Assembly: GCA_000995125.1 (NCBI GenBank) | Contig: LBXA01000002.1 | Coordinates: 1 to 53,034, forward strand | Direction: 5' to 3' | DNA length: 53,034 nt | From: Candidatus Moranbacteria bacterium GW2011_GWA2_39_41 | GTDB taxonomy: Bacteria > Patescibacteriota > Minisyncoccia > Moranbacterales > UBA2206 | In this document: one piece after another, positions 36,318 to 45,571 of the stretch | Layout: every line of letters begins with the position of its first letter | Numbering within the stretch: the first letter of the stretch is position 1 | Translations under genes and position numbers: made by a program | The notes under the pieces: model-generated | Told to the model about the DNA's origin: nothing | The model's input: only the letters and a program-made list of their open reading frames with translations | Databases searched by the model: none

Positions 36318-36763
36318 TAGTGATTTTTTAGCTCGCGCTTGATATTTCTTTCGACTTCTCGCTTGCTGATTGTTTCGCGCTTGTCGTATTTCTTTTTTCC
36401 TTTACCTACGCCAAATTCCAGCTTCAATAGTCGTTTCTTAGTATACACGGAAATGGGTACCAATGTCAAGCCAGCAATACGTACTTTGCCCGTCAAATGC
36501 TTGATTTCCGATTTGCGTAGCAGAAGTTTCCGGGGTTGGGTCGGATCATAGTTTTTGATCTCGCCGGCTTGCTTGTAGGGGGTGATGTGGGCATTGGTCA
36601 AATAAAGCTCGCCGCCCTTGGTTGTTACAAAGCTTTCTTTGAGGCTAATGTGACCCATTTTGACTGATTTGACCTCAGCTCCAGTCAACACCAAACCCGC
36701 CTCATATTTGTCTGAGATTTCATAATCGAAATTGGCGCGTTTGTTGTAGGCGAGTGGCGTCAT
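36317..36763 (-). CDS. smpB: SsrA-binding protein SmpB
   Basis: NKRANFDYEI...GLVLTGAEVKS...ELYLTNAHITPY. Confidence 0.95.
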   Translation of the reverse strand: MTPLAYNKRANFDYEISDKYEAGLVLTGAEVKSVKMGHISLKESFVTTKGGELYLTNAHITPYKQAGEIKNYDPTQPRKLLLRKSEIKHLTGKVRIAGLTLVPISVYTKKRLLKLEFGVGKGKKKYDKRETISKREVERNIKRELKNH

Positions 36764-36767
36764 GCGA

Positions 36768-36903
36768 GCATATTAACATTTAAGCATATTAGCATATTAG
36801 CACAGCGAGGGGATAATATGCCAGTAGATTACTAATGTTAAAATGTTCATATGTTAATATGCTAACGTGCTAATATGCTAACGTGCTAATATGTTAACGT
36901 GTT
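36768..36903. repeat. octamer word-array inverted repeat in the divergent smpB/argS spacer
   Basis: The left array is GCATATTA-ACATTTAA-GCATATTA-GCATATTA-GCAC. The right array is GTTAATAT plus (GCTAACGTGCTAATAT) x2 plus GTTAACGT. TAGCATATTAGCAC and GTGCTAATATGCTA are perfectly complementary. Confidence 0.85.
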
Positions 36904-36944
36904 GTAGCTTTATTTTTTCAGCGGGATAGGTTAGAATTAAAAAT

Positions 36945-38636
36945 ATGAAAAAGAAACTGGCGGAAATCATCAAAAAGGCTGTTTTGGAGCTGTTTGACCT
37001 TGAGCAAGCTGATTTTGCCGTGGAATATCCAAAAGATGAAAAATTTGGAGATTATGCGACTAATGTTGCGATGGTTTTGGCGAAAAAGTTGGGGAAGAGC
37101 CCGATGGAGATTGCTGAGGCAATCAAATTACAAATTACAAATTACAAATTACAAACTTTTGAAAAGATTGAGGTGGTGGCGCCAGGGTATATCAATTTTT
37201 ATTTGTCAGAAAAATATTTTCAAAATAAGGTTGTTGAAATAAATTTAGAGAAAGAAAAGTTTGGAGAAGGAGAAGCTGAGAAAAAGGAAAAAATAATGGT
37301 TGAATATTCTCAACCAAATACACTTAAGGAATTTCATATCGGTCATTTGCGGAATGTTTTGATTGGTTCGACCATCGTTGAGGTTTTACGCAAGGCTAAA
37401 TATAACGTAGTGGCAGCTAATTACATTGGCGATACTGGCTCTCACATCGCGAAGTGTTTGTGGGGGATTGAGAAATTTCATGCCAATGAAAATTTAGATG
37501 CAATTGAAAATAAAGCTGAATTTCTAGGTAAGACATATACTCAGGCAGTGCAGGCAATTGGAGAAAATCCTAATTATGAACAAGAGTTTAAATCTTTGCA
37601 AAATAAACTAGAAGATGGGGACATCAAATTGCAGGCATTATGGCAAAAAACTAGACAATGGTCATTGGATGAATTTCACTCAATCTATGAATTGTTAGGT
37701 GCCAACTTCGATGTCTATTTTTATGAAAGTGAGGAGGAGATTGAAGGCAAGAAGATAGTGCCAGAGTTGTTAGAAAGAAAAATCATTGAAAAGAGTGAAG
37801 GGGCAATTATTGCAAATCTTGAAGAGTATGGATTGGGCGTATTAGTGCTTGTTAGAAAAGACGGTAGTGCTTTGTATGGACTCAAAGACATTCCCTTGGC
37901 AATTAAAAAATTTGATAAATTTGAAATTGATACTAGTATATATCTAATCGATGTTCGTCAGGATTTATATTTCAAACAGTTGTTCAAGATTTTGGAATTG
38001 TATGGATTTAATAAAAAATTTGTTCATATTGGATACGATTTTGTTACCTTGAAAGGTGGAGAGGGAATGTCATCAAGAAAAGGGAATGTTATTTTGGCGC
38101 GTGATCTTATATCTGAAATTATCAGTAAGGTTGAGGTTAAGTTTCCAAATTCTCCAGATCCACTATCAATTGCGTTGGGTGCTTTGAAATTCACAATGCT
38201 CAAATATTCTACTGGCACAAAAATAGAGTTTGATATTGAAGAATCGGTTAAATTGGAGGGAGCAACTAGTCCCTATGTTCAATATGCACATGCTAGAATC
38301 TGTAGTATTTTGAAAAAAGCAGAGGAGGCAGGAGTTGATTTTGCTAAGGCAGATTTGTCGTTACTTATCCACGAAAAAGAGCTTAGTTTAGCTAAGGAGC
38401 TGGATAAATTCCCAGAACTTATTGAAGAAATATCGAAAACTTATGAAGTTCAAAAAATTCCATATTATGCTATTAGGTTGGCTGACAAATTCCATTCATT
38501 CTACAGTGCTTGCAAAGTGATTGACGAGGAGAATTTGGAATTGACCAAAGCGCGTTTGAATTTGATAACGGCGGTGAAGATTGTGTTGGCAGAAACTTTG
38601 AATTTGATTGGCGTGAGCGCGCCAGAAAAAATGTAA
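36945..38636 (+). CDS. argS: arginyl-tRNA synthetase
   Basis: HIGH-type motif FHIGHLRN and a class I core with a DALR anticodon-binding C-terminus. Confidence 0.95.
   Translation: MKKKLAEIIKKAVLELFDLEQADFAVEYPKDEKFGDYATNVAMVLAKKLGKSPMEIAEAIKLQITNYKLQTFEKIEVVAPGYINFYLSEKYFQNKVVEINLEKEKFGEGEAEKKEKIMVEYSQPNTLKEFHIGHLRNVLIGSTIVEVLRKAKYNVVAANYIGDTGSHIAKCLWGIEKFHANENLDAIENKAEFLGKTYTQAVQAIGENPNYEQEFKSLQNKLEDGDIKLQALWQKTRQWSLDEFHSIYELLGANFDVYFYESEEEIEGKKIVPELLERKIIEKSEGAIIANLEEYGLGVLVLVRKDGSALYGLKDIPLAIKKFDKFEIDTSIYLIDVRQDLYFKQLFKILELYGFNKKFVHIGYDFVTLKGGEGMSSRKGNVILARDLISEIISKVEVKFPNSPDPLSIALGALKFTMLKYSTGTKIEFDIEESVKLEGATSPYVQYAHARICSILKKAEEAGVDFAKADLSLLIHEKELSLAKELDKFPELIEEISKTYEVQKIPYYAIRLADKFHSFYSACKVIDEENLELTKARLNLITAVKIVLAETLNLIGVSAPEKM
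37124..37156 (+). repeat. (CAAATTA)4 + CAAAC heptamer microsatellite in frame within argS
   Basis: Four perfect tandem heptamers at 37124-37151 encode KLQITNYKLQ. Confidence 0.9.
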
Positions 38637-38660
38637 TAATTTGTAATTTTGTAGAATTTT

Positions 38661-41546
38661 ATGTTTAAAAAAGTAGACCTAAGGCAAAAGTATTCAGAAA
38701 TGGAACAAGAAGTCATTAAATTTTGGCGAGAAGATTGCACTTTCAAAAAATCTGTAGAGCAACGAGACAAAAAAGATGCTTATGTTTTTTATGATGGACC
38801 TCCATTTATAACTGGCGTTCCGCATTATGGGACACTGCTTTCTTCGATTGTGAAAGATGTGGTGCCGAGATATTGGACGATGAAGGGCAAGCGAGTTGAG
38901 AGACGCTGGGGATGGGATTGTCATGGACTTCCTGCGGAAAATCTAGTAGAGAAAAAATTAGGTATCAAGGATAAGCGTGATATCCCTAAAATTGGTTTGG
39001 AAAAATATATCCAAACTTGTCACGCGGAAATGGTGCAGGGTGGTAGTGTCTGGGAAGATACAATTGAAAGGATTGGGCGTTGGGTAGAATTTAAGAATGC
39101 CTACAAAACCATGGATAAGGAATACATGGAAAGTGTTTGGTGGGCATTTAAAACTTTGTATGAAAAAGGTAAGATTTATGAAGGGGAAAAAGTTCTAATG
39201 TATTGCACGAGGTGTGCTACTCCAATTTCCAAAGCCGAAGTGGCAATGGACAATAGTTATAAAGTTGTGACGGAGCCATCAGTCTATGTAAAATTTAAAT
39301 TGGAGAATGAAAACGACATATATCTATTAGCTTGGACAACTACGCCATGGACACTCTCTGCAAATGTGGCACTTGCAATCAATCCCGAGCTGACATATGT
39401 AAAAGTTACGCTGAATGAAGAAATTTTGATTGTCGCAAAAGATTTGGTGGAGAAAGTTTTTATTGATGAGAAAAAACAGCCACTAAATTATTCTGTCGGT
39501 GAGTTGATTGATGGTAAAGATTTGGTTGGCAAAAAGTATGTGCCACCTTTTGATGATCAGGGTGATAGGGCGCATCGGATTGTTGGAGCTGATTTTGTAA
39601 CAACAAACGACGGAACAGGCGTGGTGCATATCGCGCCAGCTTTTGGTGAGGATGATTATGCGATAGCGAGAAAAGAAAAATTGCCAGTGGTGCATACAGT
39701 GGATGAAAATGGAAACTATATAGATGGGCGATGGAAGGAGCAAAATGTTTGGGAAGTGAATAAAGAGATTGCCAAGACGTTGCTTGCGGAAGGAGTAGTT
39801 TTGAAAATTGATTATATTCAACATGATTATCCGCATTGCCATAGATGTGCCACTAAGTTAATGTATCGAGCGCATCCAAGTTGGTTTATGGATATTGATG
39901 GACAGAGAAGGGAGATGTTGGCAGAAAATGAGAATATCAATTGGTTCCCGGCACATTTCAAAGAGAAAAGATTTAAAAATACTGTCGAAACTGCTCCAGA
40001 TTGGAATCTTAGTCGTGATCGTTTTTGGGCAACTCCGATTCCTGTTTGGCGCGGAACGAAAGACGATGGCACAGTGGTGACAAAAGTAGTGGGAAGCTAT
40101 ACTGAACTCAAGGAGCTTTCAGGTAAGGAATTGGAAGATTATCATTTGCCGTATGTGGATGGCATAACTTTTGAGTTAGATGGGGTGAAAATGAAAAGAA
40201 TTGAGAAGGTTATGGATTGTTGGTTTGAATCTGGGTCAATGCCTTTCGCGCAGTTTCATTATCCATTTGAAAATAAAGAAAAATTTGAAGAAAATTTTCC
40301 CGGAGATTTTATTACGGAATATGTTGGGCAGGTACGCGCGTGGTTTTATTATCTGCATGCAATTTCTGTAGGTATTTTTGGGAAAGAAGCTTTTGAGAAT
40401 GTCATTGTTACAGGAACAATTGCTGGTTCTGATGGCAAAAAAATGTCAAAGTCACTAGGCAATTATACTGATTCAAACATATTGCTCAATCAATATAGTG
40501 CTGACGCACTTCGATATTTGCTAGTAAGTTCGCCATTGCTAAATGGTGATGATTTCACTTTGATTGATAAGGATGTTTCAGACATTCAAAGAAAATTGAG
40601 CACCCTTTGGAATAGCTACGGTTTTTTTGTGATGTATGCCAATGTGGATAAGTGGTCCCCAAAAGATGTAGCTGAAAAAATGCGAAGTGTAAATTTGTTA
40701 GATAGATGGATCATATCGAAACTGCATAAGCTCATTAAAACCGTTGATGAAAATATGTTGACCTATGATCTGCCAAATGCGACAAAGCCAATAGTTGATT
40801 TTATCGATGAATTGTCCAATTGGTATATTCGTCGATCGAGAAAAAGATTTTGGAAGAGTGAAGATGATGGCGACAAGGAAAGCGCCTATCAAACTTTGTG
40901 GACTGTGCTTGTCGAGCTTTCAAAATTGATGGCGCCTGTTACGCCATTTATTTCCGAAGAAATTTACAAAAATTTGACTGGCAATGAAGAGACGAGGCAT
41001 ACCTCGTCTGTACATCTTGCTGATTTTCCAGTAGCAAATGAAGAATTGATTGATGAAAAGCTGAATGAACAGATGTATCATACGAGAAATATTATTACTG
41101 AAGCCTTGCAATTACGGGCTAAGAATGGAATCAAGGTTCGTCAACCACTTTCCGAATTAATAATTACAAATTATGAAACACAAACAGAGTTCATGGAAAT
41201 TATGAAAGAGGAAGTCAATGTTAAAAATGTTATTATTAAAACTGGACCAGAAAAGAAAGTAGAGTTAAACACTGAAATAACACAAGATTTGAAGCTCGAA
41301 GGTCAAGCTCGGGAAATTATTCGAGGTATCCAAGAGATGAGAAAAGAGGCTGGCTTTGAAGTGGATGATCGCATCCAAGTAAATTATGTCGGAATGGATG
41401 AGGTTTTCGCCCAAACTGAATTAAAAAATTTGATTCAAAAAGAAGTGCTAGCTACAGAAATTGCGACAGGCACAATTTCCAATTGTGATTTGCAAAAAGA
41501 TTTCACAGTAGATGATTCAAAAATCATTATTGCTATAAAAAAATAA
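38661..41546 (+). CDS. ileS: isoleucyl-tRNA synthetase
   Basis: PHYGTLL (HIGH-type motif), KMSKS, and CP1 editing-domain sequence. Confidence 0.95.
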   Translation: MFKKVDLRQKYSEMEQEVIKFWREDCTFKKSVEQRDKKDAYVFYDGPPFITGVPHYGTLLSSIVKDVVPRYWTMKGKRVERRWGWDCHGLPAENLVEKKLGIKDKRDIPKIGLEKYIQTCHAEMVQGGSVWEDTIERIGRWVEFKNAYKTMDKEYMESVWWAFKTLYEKGKIYEGEKVLMYCTRCATPISKAEVAMDNSYKVVTEPSVYVKFKLENENDIYLLAWTTTPWTLSANVALAINPELTYVKVTLNEEILIVAKDLVEKVFIDEKKQPLNYSVGELIDGKDLVGKKYVPPFDDQGDRAHRIVGADFVTTNDGTGVVHIAPAFGEDDYAIARKEKLPVVHTVDENGNYIDGRWKEQNVWEVNKEIAKTLLAEGVVLKIDYIQHDYPHCHRCATKLMYRAHPSWFMDIDGQRREMLAENENINWFPAHFKEKRFKNTVETAPDWNLSRDRFWATPIPVWRGTKDDGTVVTKVVGSYTELKELSGKELEDYHLPYVDGITFELDGVKMKRIEKVMDCWFESGSMPFAQFHYPFENKEKFEENFPGDFITEYVGQVRAWFYYLHAISVGIFGKEAFENVIVTGTIAGSDGKKMSKSLGNYTDSNILLNQYSADALRYLLVSSPLLNGDDFTLIDKDVSDIQRKLSTLWNSYGFFVMYANVDKWSPKDVAEKMRSVNLLDRWIISKLHKLIKTVDENMLTYDLPNATKPIVDFIDELSNWYIRRSRKRFWKSEDDGDKESAYQTLWTVLVELSKLMAPVTPFISEEIYKNLTGNEETRHTSSVHLADFPVANEELIDEKLNEQMYHTRNIITEALQLRAKNGIKVRQPLSELIITNYETQTEFMEIMKEEVNVKNVIIKTGPEKKVELNTEITQDLKLEGQAREIIRGIQEMRKEAGFEVDDRIQVNYVGMDEVFAQTELKNLIQKEVLATEIATGTISNCDLQKDFTVDDSKIIIAIKK

Positions 41547-41585
41547 TCCGCAGATCTATCTGAAAGTTGAACTTTCTTGAAACTC

Positions 41586-42314
41586 ATGGATTATAAATAT
41601 CAAGGCATAATCTTGAATAAGCGCGATGTGGGCGAGGTCGATCGGATTTATACGATTTACACTCTTGAAGCTGGCAAGATTCGTGTGTTGGGCAAGGGGG
41701 TGCGCAAGCCCAATGCCAAATTGGCCGGCAATTTGGAATCAGTTACGCAAGCGGAAATTTTCATGTCCAAGAACAAGGGCATGGGAAAAATCACCGGTTC
41801 GATTGCAACCAACAATTTTTCCAACATCAAATCCAATCTGGATTTAGTCAATCGAGTTTTTTATGTTTTCAAAATTATCATTCGAATTATTTCGGAAGAA
41901 GAAAAGGATGAGAATATTTTTTTACTTTTGGAAAAATATTTGGTGGCTATGGATGCAAATGAAGTCGGGGAAGATAAGGTAGATGTTTTGACGCTCGGAT
42001 TTTTATTTCAAGTACTGGCTGAAATGGGCTATCGCTTGGAGATGGAAAAATGTGTGCATTGTGAAAAAAAGTTATTGTTGGAGAGCAACTATTTTAGCAT
42101 TTCTCGTGGCGGAATTTTGTGCACTAATTGTCAGGGGCGAGAAAGCAAAAAGATGCTAATTAGCAATGAAGCAATCAAGTTGATTCGAATTTTCCTGCAA
42201 AATAAATTGGAGAATTTGGTTAAATTGAAAGTTTCACAGAGTGATATTAATCGTTTGAAAGTAATTTTAAACGAATCAATCAATTGGTTTTCTGGTGAGA
42301 ACTTTCGCGTTTGA
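41586..42314 (+). CDS. recO: DNA repair protein RecO
   Basis: YQGIILNKRDVGEVDRIYTIYT OB-fold N-terminus and a Zn motif CVHCEKK...CTNC. I chose the ATG at 41586. Confidence 0.85.
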   Translation: MDYKYQGIILNKRDVGEVDRIYTIYTLEAGKIRVLGKGVRKPNAKLAGNLESVTQAEIFMSKNKGMGKITGSIATNNFSNIKSNLDLVNRVFYVFKIIIRIISEEEKDENIFLLLEKYLVAMDANEVGEDKVDVLTLGFLFQVLAEMGYRLEMEKCVHCEKKLLLESNYFSISRGGILCTNCQGRESKKMLISNEAIKLIRIFLQNKLENLVKLKVSQSDINRLKVILNESINWFSGENFRV

Positions 42315-42374
42315 TAAAACACCCAATTTATGGTAGTATTTGGTTAATAAATAAAAAATAAAAAGTTAAAATCT

Positions 42375-44285
42375 ATGTCCTTGTCCGAAATAAAAAATAG
42401 CTTATATGAAAAAGAAGCTAAGCAAAATTTGAGCGCGCACGCCGAAAGTGAATTTGACGCAAAGGTTGATTCTGTGGCTGCTGGAAAGGTTAAGGTTGTT
42501 GAAACGGAGGATGTGTGGGTAAAAAATAAGTCCGGCTTAAATGAAAAAAATAGAAAAATATTGAAGACAGGCAGTCTAATCGCCGGCGTCATAATAGGCA
42601 TTACGCTTATTTTGGTTGCGGTTTATCAAATTCGCAAATCTTCTTTCAATGAAAGTAGGGTGGTGGTTTCAATTGACGGACAAAGTGAAGCAAAAAGTGG
42701 AAAACTTTTAACCTACGAGATATCCTATAACAATAATAATTGGGGATCTCTGAAAGGAGCAGTTTTGCGAATAACACATCCGGAAAGTTTTAAACCAGAG
42801 GAGAGTTTACAATATCGAGAAGAAAGTCCAACGGTCAGCGTAGTTAATTTGGATGACCTGGCTGGGCACGCTACCGGTAAAATTATCTTTGGCGGACGAG
42901 CTTTTGCGCCGAGTGGCACACTAATGTTTATCAAAGCTGATTTAGTATATACGCCAGCTAATTTCAACAGTCAGTTTAGTGCCAATGCGCAAATGGGTAT
43001 CAATGTGATTTCAACTCCAATGTCTTTGGAAATCATGGCTCCACAAAATCTAGCGAGTGGTGATTCCTTGGATTATCAGATTGATTATAAAAACATTGGA
43101 GCGGAAGATTTTGAAAATATTCGCCTCAAAGTAGATTTTCAGGATGGATTTATTTTTTCTAAAGCTAACCCGAGTCCTTCAGAGGGAAATAATATTTGGT
43201 ACATTGGTCATCTTTCGGCTGGAGAAGAGGGTAAGATTATTGTGAATGGAAAGTTGCAGGGTACAGAAGGTAATATTAAAAAAACAGTTGTTCAAATTGG
43301 AACTATAAATCAAGGGCAATTTGTAAATTATAATGAAAATGATGTATCTACTGAAATTGTAGCTTCGCCATTAGTTATAACACAAACGGTCAATGGCACG
43401 CTTGAATATAACGCAGATGCTGGAGAGAGTCTGAACTTTGAAATACAATATAAAAATAAGAGTGATATTGGTTTGAAAAATGTTATTGTGAAAGAAGTAT
43501 TGGATAGTCAGATATTAGATTACTCCACATTGGATATGGCAGGTGGGTCATTTGATACGCAAACTAAAGTTATAGAATGGAAGTCGATTGACTATCCTGA
43601 ACTGGCTAACTTGGCTCCCGGAAAAGGTGGTTCCATTAAATTTTCTGTTAAAGTCAAAAATGTTATCCCAGTGCAAACTGTAAACGATAAAAATTTTGTT
43701 ATTTCTGGAATAGCCAGAATAGACAGTCCTGATATCGCTACATCTCTGGATATGAATAAAATAATTGCCGGCAATCGAATTGATATCAAATTAAAATCCA
43801 AATTAATACTAGATGTTAAGGGTTACTATAGTGATCTATTAATATCTAATTTTGGTCCAATCCCCCCAATTGTTGGACAAAGCACTAGTTACACGATTCA
43901 TCTTAAGGTCGGTAGTGTTTTTAATGATATAACTGATGGCAGGGTTGAAGTTATTTTGCCCAATGGAGTTGTTATGACTGGTAAGATGTACCCAGAAGAT
44001 TCTAATCTGGATTATAATGAAAGGTCAAATATTTTAGTCTGGAATGTTGGCAACGTGCAAGCAGGGAATGGCGCGCTAAATTCATTGAGGGAAGTATCTT
44101 TTCAAGTGAAAATAAAGCCATCACCAAATCAAGCTGATTATGCGGTTGAATTAATCAAAGATGTTAGTTTTTCAGCTAAGGATACTTTTATCAAAAAAGA
44201 TTTGAAAATACAATCCGGAAATAAAACAACTATGTTATTGGAAGACAAATCTATAAACATGTTAGGTTGGAAAGTTAGCAAATAA
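42375..44285 (+). CDS. membrane-anchored surface protein with DUF11/CARDB-like repeats
   Basis: N-terminal TM helix LIAGVIIGITLILVAVY. Recurrent beta-rich modules follow: LLTYEISYNNNN, LDYQIDYKNIG and LNFEIQYKNKS. Confidence 0.6.
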   Translation: MSLSEIKNSLYEKEAKQNLSAHAESEFDAKVDSVAAGKVKVVETEDVWVKNKSGLNEKNRKILKTGSLIAGVIIGITLILVAVYQIRKSSFNESRVVVSIDGQSEAKSGKLLTYEISYNNNNWGSLKGAVLRITHPESFKPEESLQYREESPTVSVVNLDDLAGHATGKIIFGGRAFAPSGTLMFIKADLVYTPANFNSQFSANAQMGINVISTPMSLEIMAPQNLASGDSLDYQIDYKNIGAEDFENIRLKVDFQDGFIFSKANPSPSEGNNIWYIGHLSAGEEGKIIVNGKLQGTEGNIKKTVVQIGTINQGQFVNYNENDVSTEIVASPLVITQTVNGTLEYNADAGESLNFEIQYKNKSDIGLKNVIVKEVLDSQILDYSTLDMAGGSFDTQTKVIEWKSIDYPELANLAPGKGGSIKFSVKVKNVIPVQTVNDKNFVISGIARIDSPDIATSLDMNKIIAGNRIDIKLKSKLILDVKGYYSDLLISNFGPIPPIVGQSTSYTIHLKVGSVFNDITDGRVEVILPNGVVMTGKMYPEDSNLDYNERSNILVWNVGNVQAGNGALNSLREVSFQVKIKPSPNQADYAVELIKDVSFSAKDTFIKKDLKIQSGNKTTMLLEDKSINMLGWKVSK

Positions 44286-45485
44286 ATGCAGTTAATGAAA
44301 TCAGGCTCTACTATGAAGAAAACTTTCGAAATATTTAGTAAAAATAAGCTGGCTCGAGTTGGAAAACTCAGAACGAAAAACGGAGAAATAAACACTCCGT
44401 TTTTTATGCCAGATGCTACGCGTGGATTTATAAAATTATTATCCAAGCATGATTTAGAAGGCATAGGCGCTAGACCGATGGTGGTTAATACCTATCATTT
44501 ATATCTTCAGCCGGGTATGGAGCTCATAAAGAAAGGTGGAGGCATTCATAAATTTATGAATTGGGATGGCCCCTTGCTTTCTGATTCCGGTGGATATCAA
44601 ATTTTTTCTTTGATTCATAAAAATTCAAAATTGGGTAAAATAACAGATGAGCAAGCAGTTTTCAAATCCCCAATAGATGGTAGAAAGCATGAATTGACCC
44701 CAGAAAAATCTATTCAGATTCAGTTTGATTTGGGCGTGGATATGATGGTTGTTCTGGACGATGTGCCACCAGTTACGTATTCTGATAGAAAGATGAAAGT
44801 GGCAATAGACAGAACTATATCATGGGCAAAGCGCTGCAAAATTGAATATGAAAAACAGATTCAGGAGCGAGGAATTGCAAAAGATCAACGCCCATTGCTT
44901 TTTGGCGTAATTCAAGGTGGGAAAGATGCGGAGCTCCGAAAATATTGCGCGCAAGAGTTGGTTAAATTGGATTTTGATGGCTATGGTTTTGGCGCGCGGC
45001 ATGTGGATGAGAACGGAGTTTTTATGCAGGAGATGGTGGCGGAAACTGCCAAGATGATTCCGGAAGACAAATTGCGCTTTGCGCTAGGTGTCGGCACACC
45101 AGAAGATATTGTGCGATTTGTCGCTTGTGGCTGGGATATGTTTGATTGTGTGATTCCGACGCGTGAAGGTCGGCACGGCCGATTGTTCATTTGGGATGAA
45201 CAATCGGAATTTACAAATCTCAAATCTCAAATTACAAATAAAATTCAAAATTCAAAATCCAAATTACAAAAATCTTTCTACAAGACAATTAACATCAATA
45301 ACCATAAGTTCAATGACGATTTTTCTCCAGTGGATACATTTTGTGATTGCGAACTTTGTCGCAATCATTCACGCGCCTACTTGCGGCATCTTTTTGTCAG
45401 CAAAGACCCATTAGGCATGCGGTTGGCCGCAATGCATAATTTGAAGTTTTATTTAGATTTGATGGAAAAATTGAGAGCTACATGA
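44286..45485 (+). CDS. tgt: queuine tRNA-ribosyltransferase
   Basis: TPFFMPDATRG, DSGGYQ, VIQGG, DMFDCVIPTREGRHG, and the Zn motif CDCELCRNHSRAYLRHL. An alternative start is ATG 44313. Confidence 0.93.
   Translation: MQLMKSGSTMKKTFEIFSKNKLARVGKLRTKNGEINTPFFMPDATRGFIKLLSKHDLEGIGARPMVVNTYHLYLQPGMELIKKGGGIHKFMNWDGPLLSDSGGYQIFSLIHKNSKLGKITDEQAVFKSPIDGRKHELTPEKSIQIQFDLGVDMMVVLDDVPPVTYSDRKMKVAIDRTISWAKRCKIEYEKQIQERGIAKDQRPLLFGVIQGGKDAELRKYCAQELVKLDFDGYGFGARHVDENGVFMQEMVAETAKMIPEDKLRFALGVGTPEDIVRFVACGWDMFDCVIPTREGRHGRLFIWDEQSEFTNLKSQITNKIQNSKSKLQKSFYKTININNHKFNDDFSPVDTFCDCELCRNHSRAYLRHLFVSKDPLGMRLAAMHNLKFYLDLMEKLRAT
45214..45274 (+). repeat. degenerate CAAATNN heptamer array in frame within tgt
   Basis: CAAATCT x2, CAAATTA, ..., CAAAATT, CAAAATC, CAAATTA encode [20 protein letters not shown]. 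Confidence 0.85.
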
Positions 45486-45527
45486 TAATTGTACACTATG
45501 AATTCAAGAATTGAGAGTCACCTTTAA

Positions 45528-45566
45528 ATTATACACTTTACTGCGGTCGCAGTATAATGTATAATG
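45528..45566 (+). promoter_or_regulatory. promoter-operator 39-mer, copy 1 (near-palindrome CTGCGGTCGCAG between -35-like and -10 boxes)
   Basis: ATTATACACTTTACTGCGGTCGCAGTATAATGTATAATG matches 46146-46184 at 36/39. TATACA-N17-TATAAT forms the promoter, with the near-palindrome in the spacer. Confidence 0.65.
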
Positions 45567-45571
45567 GAAAT

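Noticed and set aside
36768-36903. Whether the tandem word arrays (here and at 22387, 28770, 35229 and 52677) are CRISPR arrays
   Set aside because: The units are 7-16 nt with no unique spacers between them, and no cas genes are present. The architecture is tandem repeat plus complementary repeat, not repeat-spacer.
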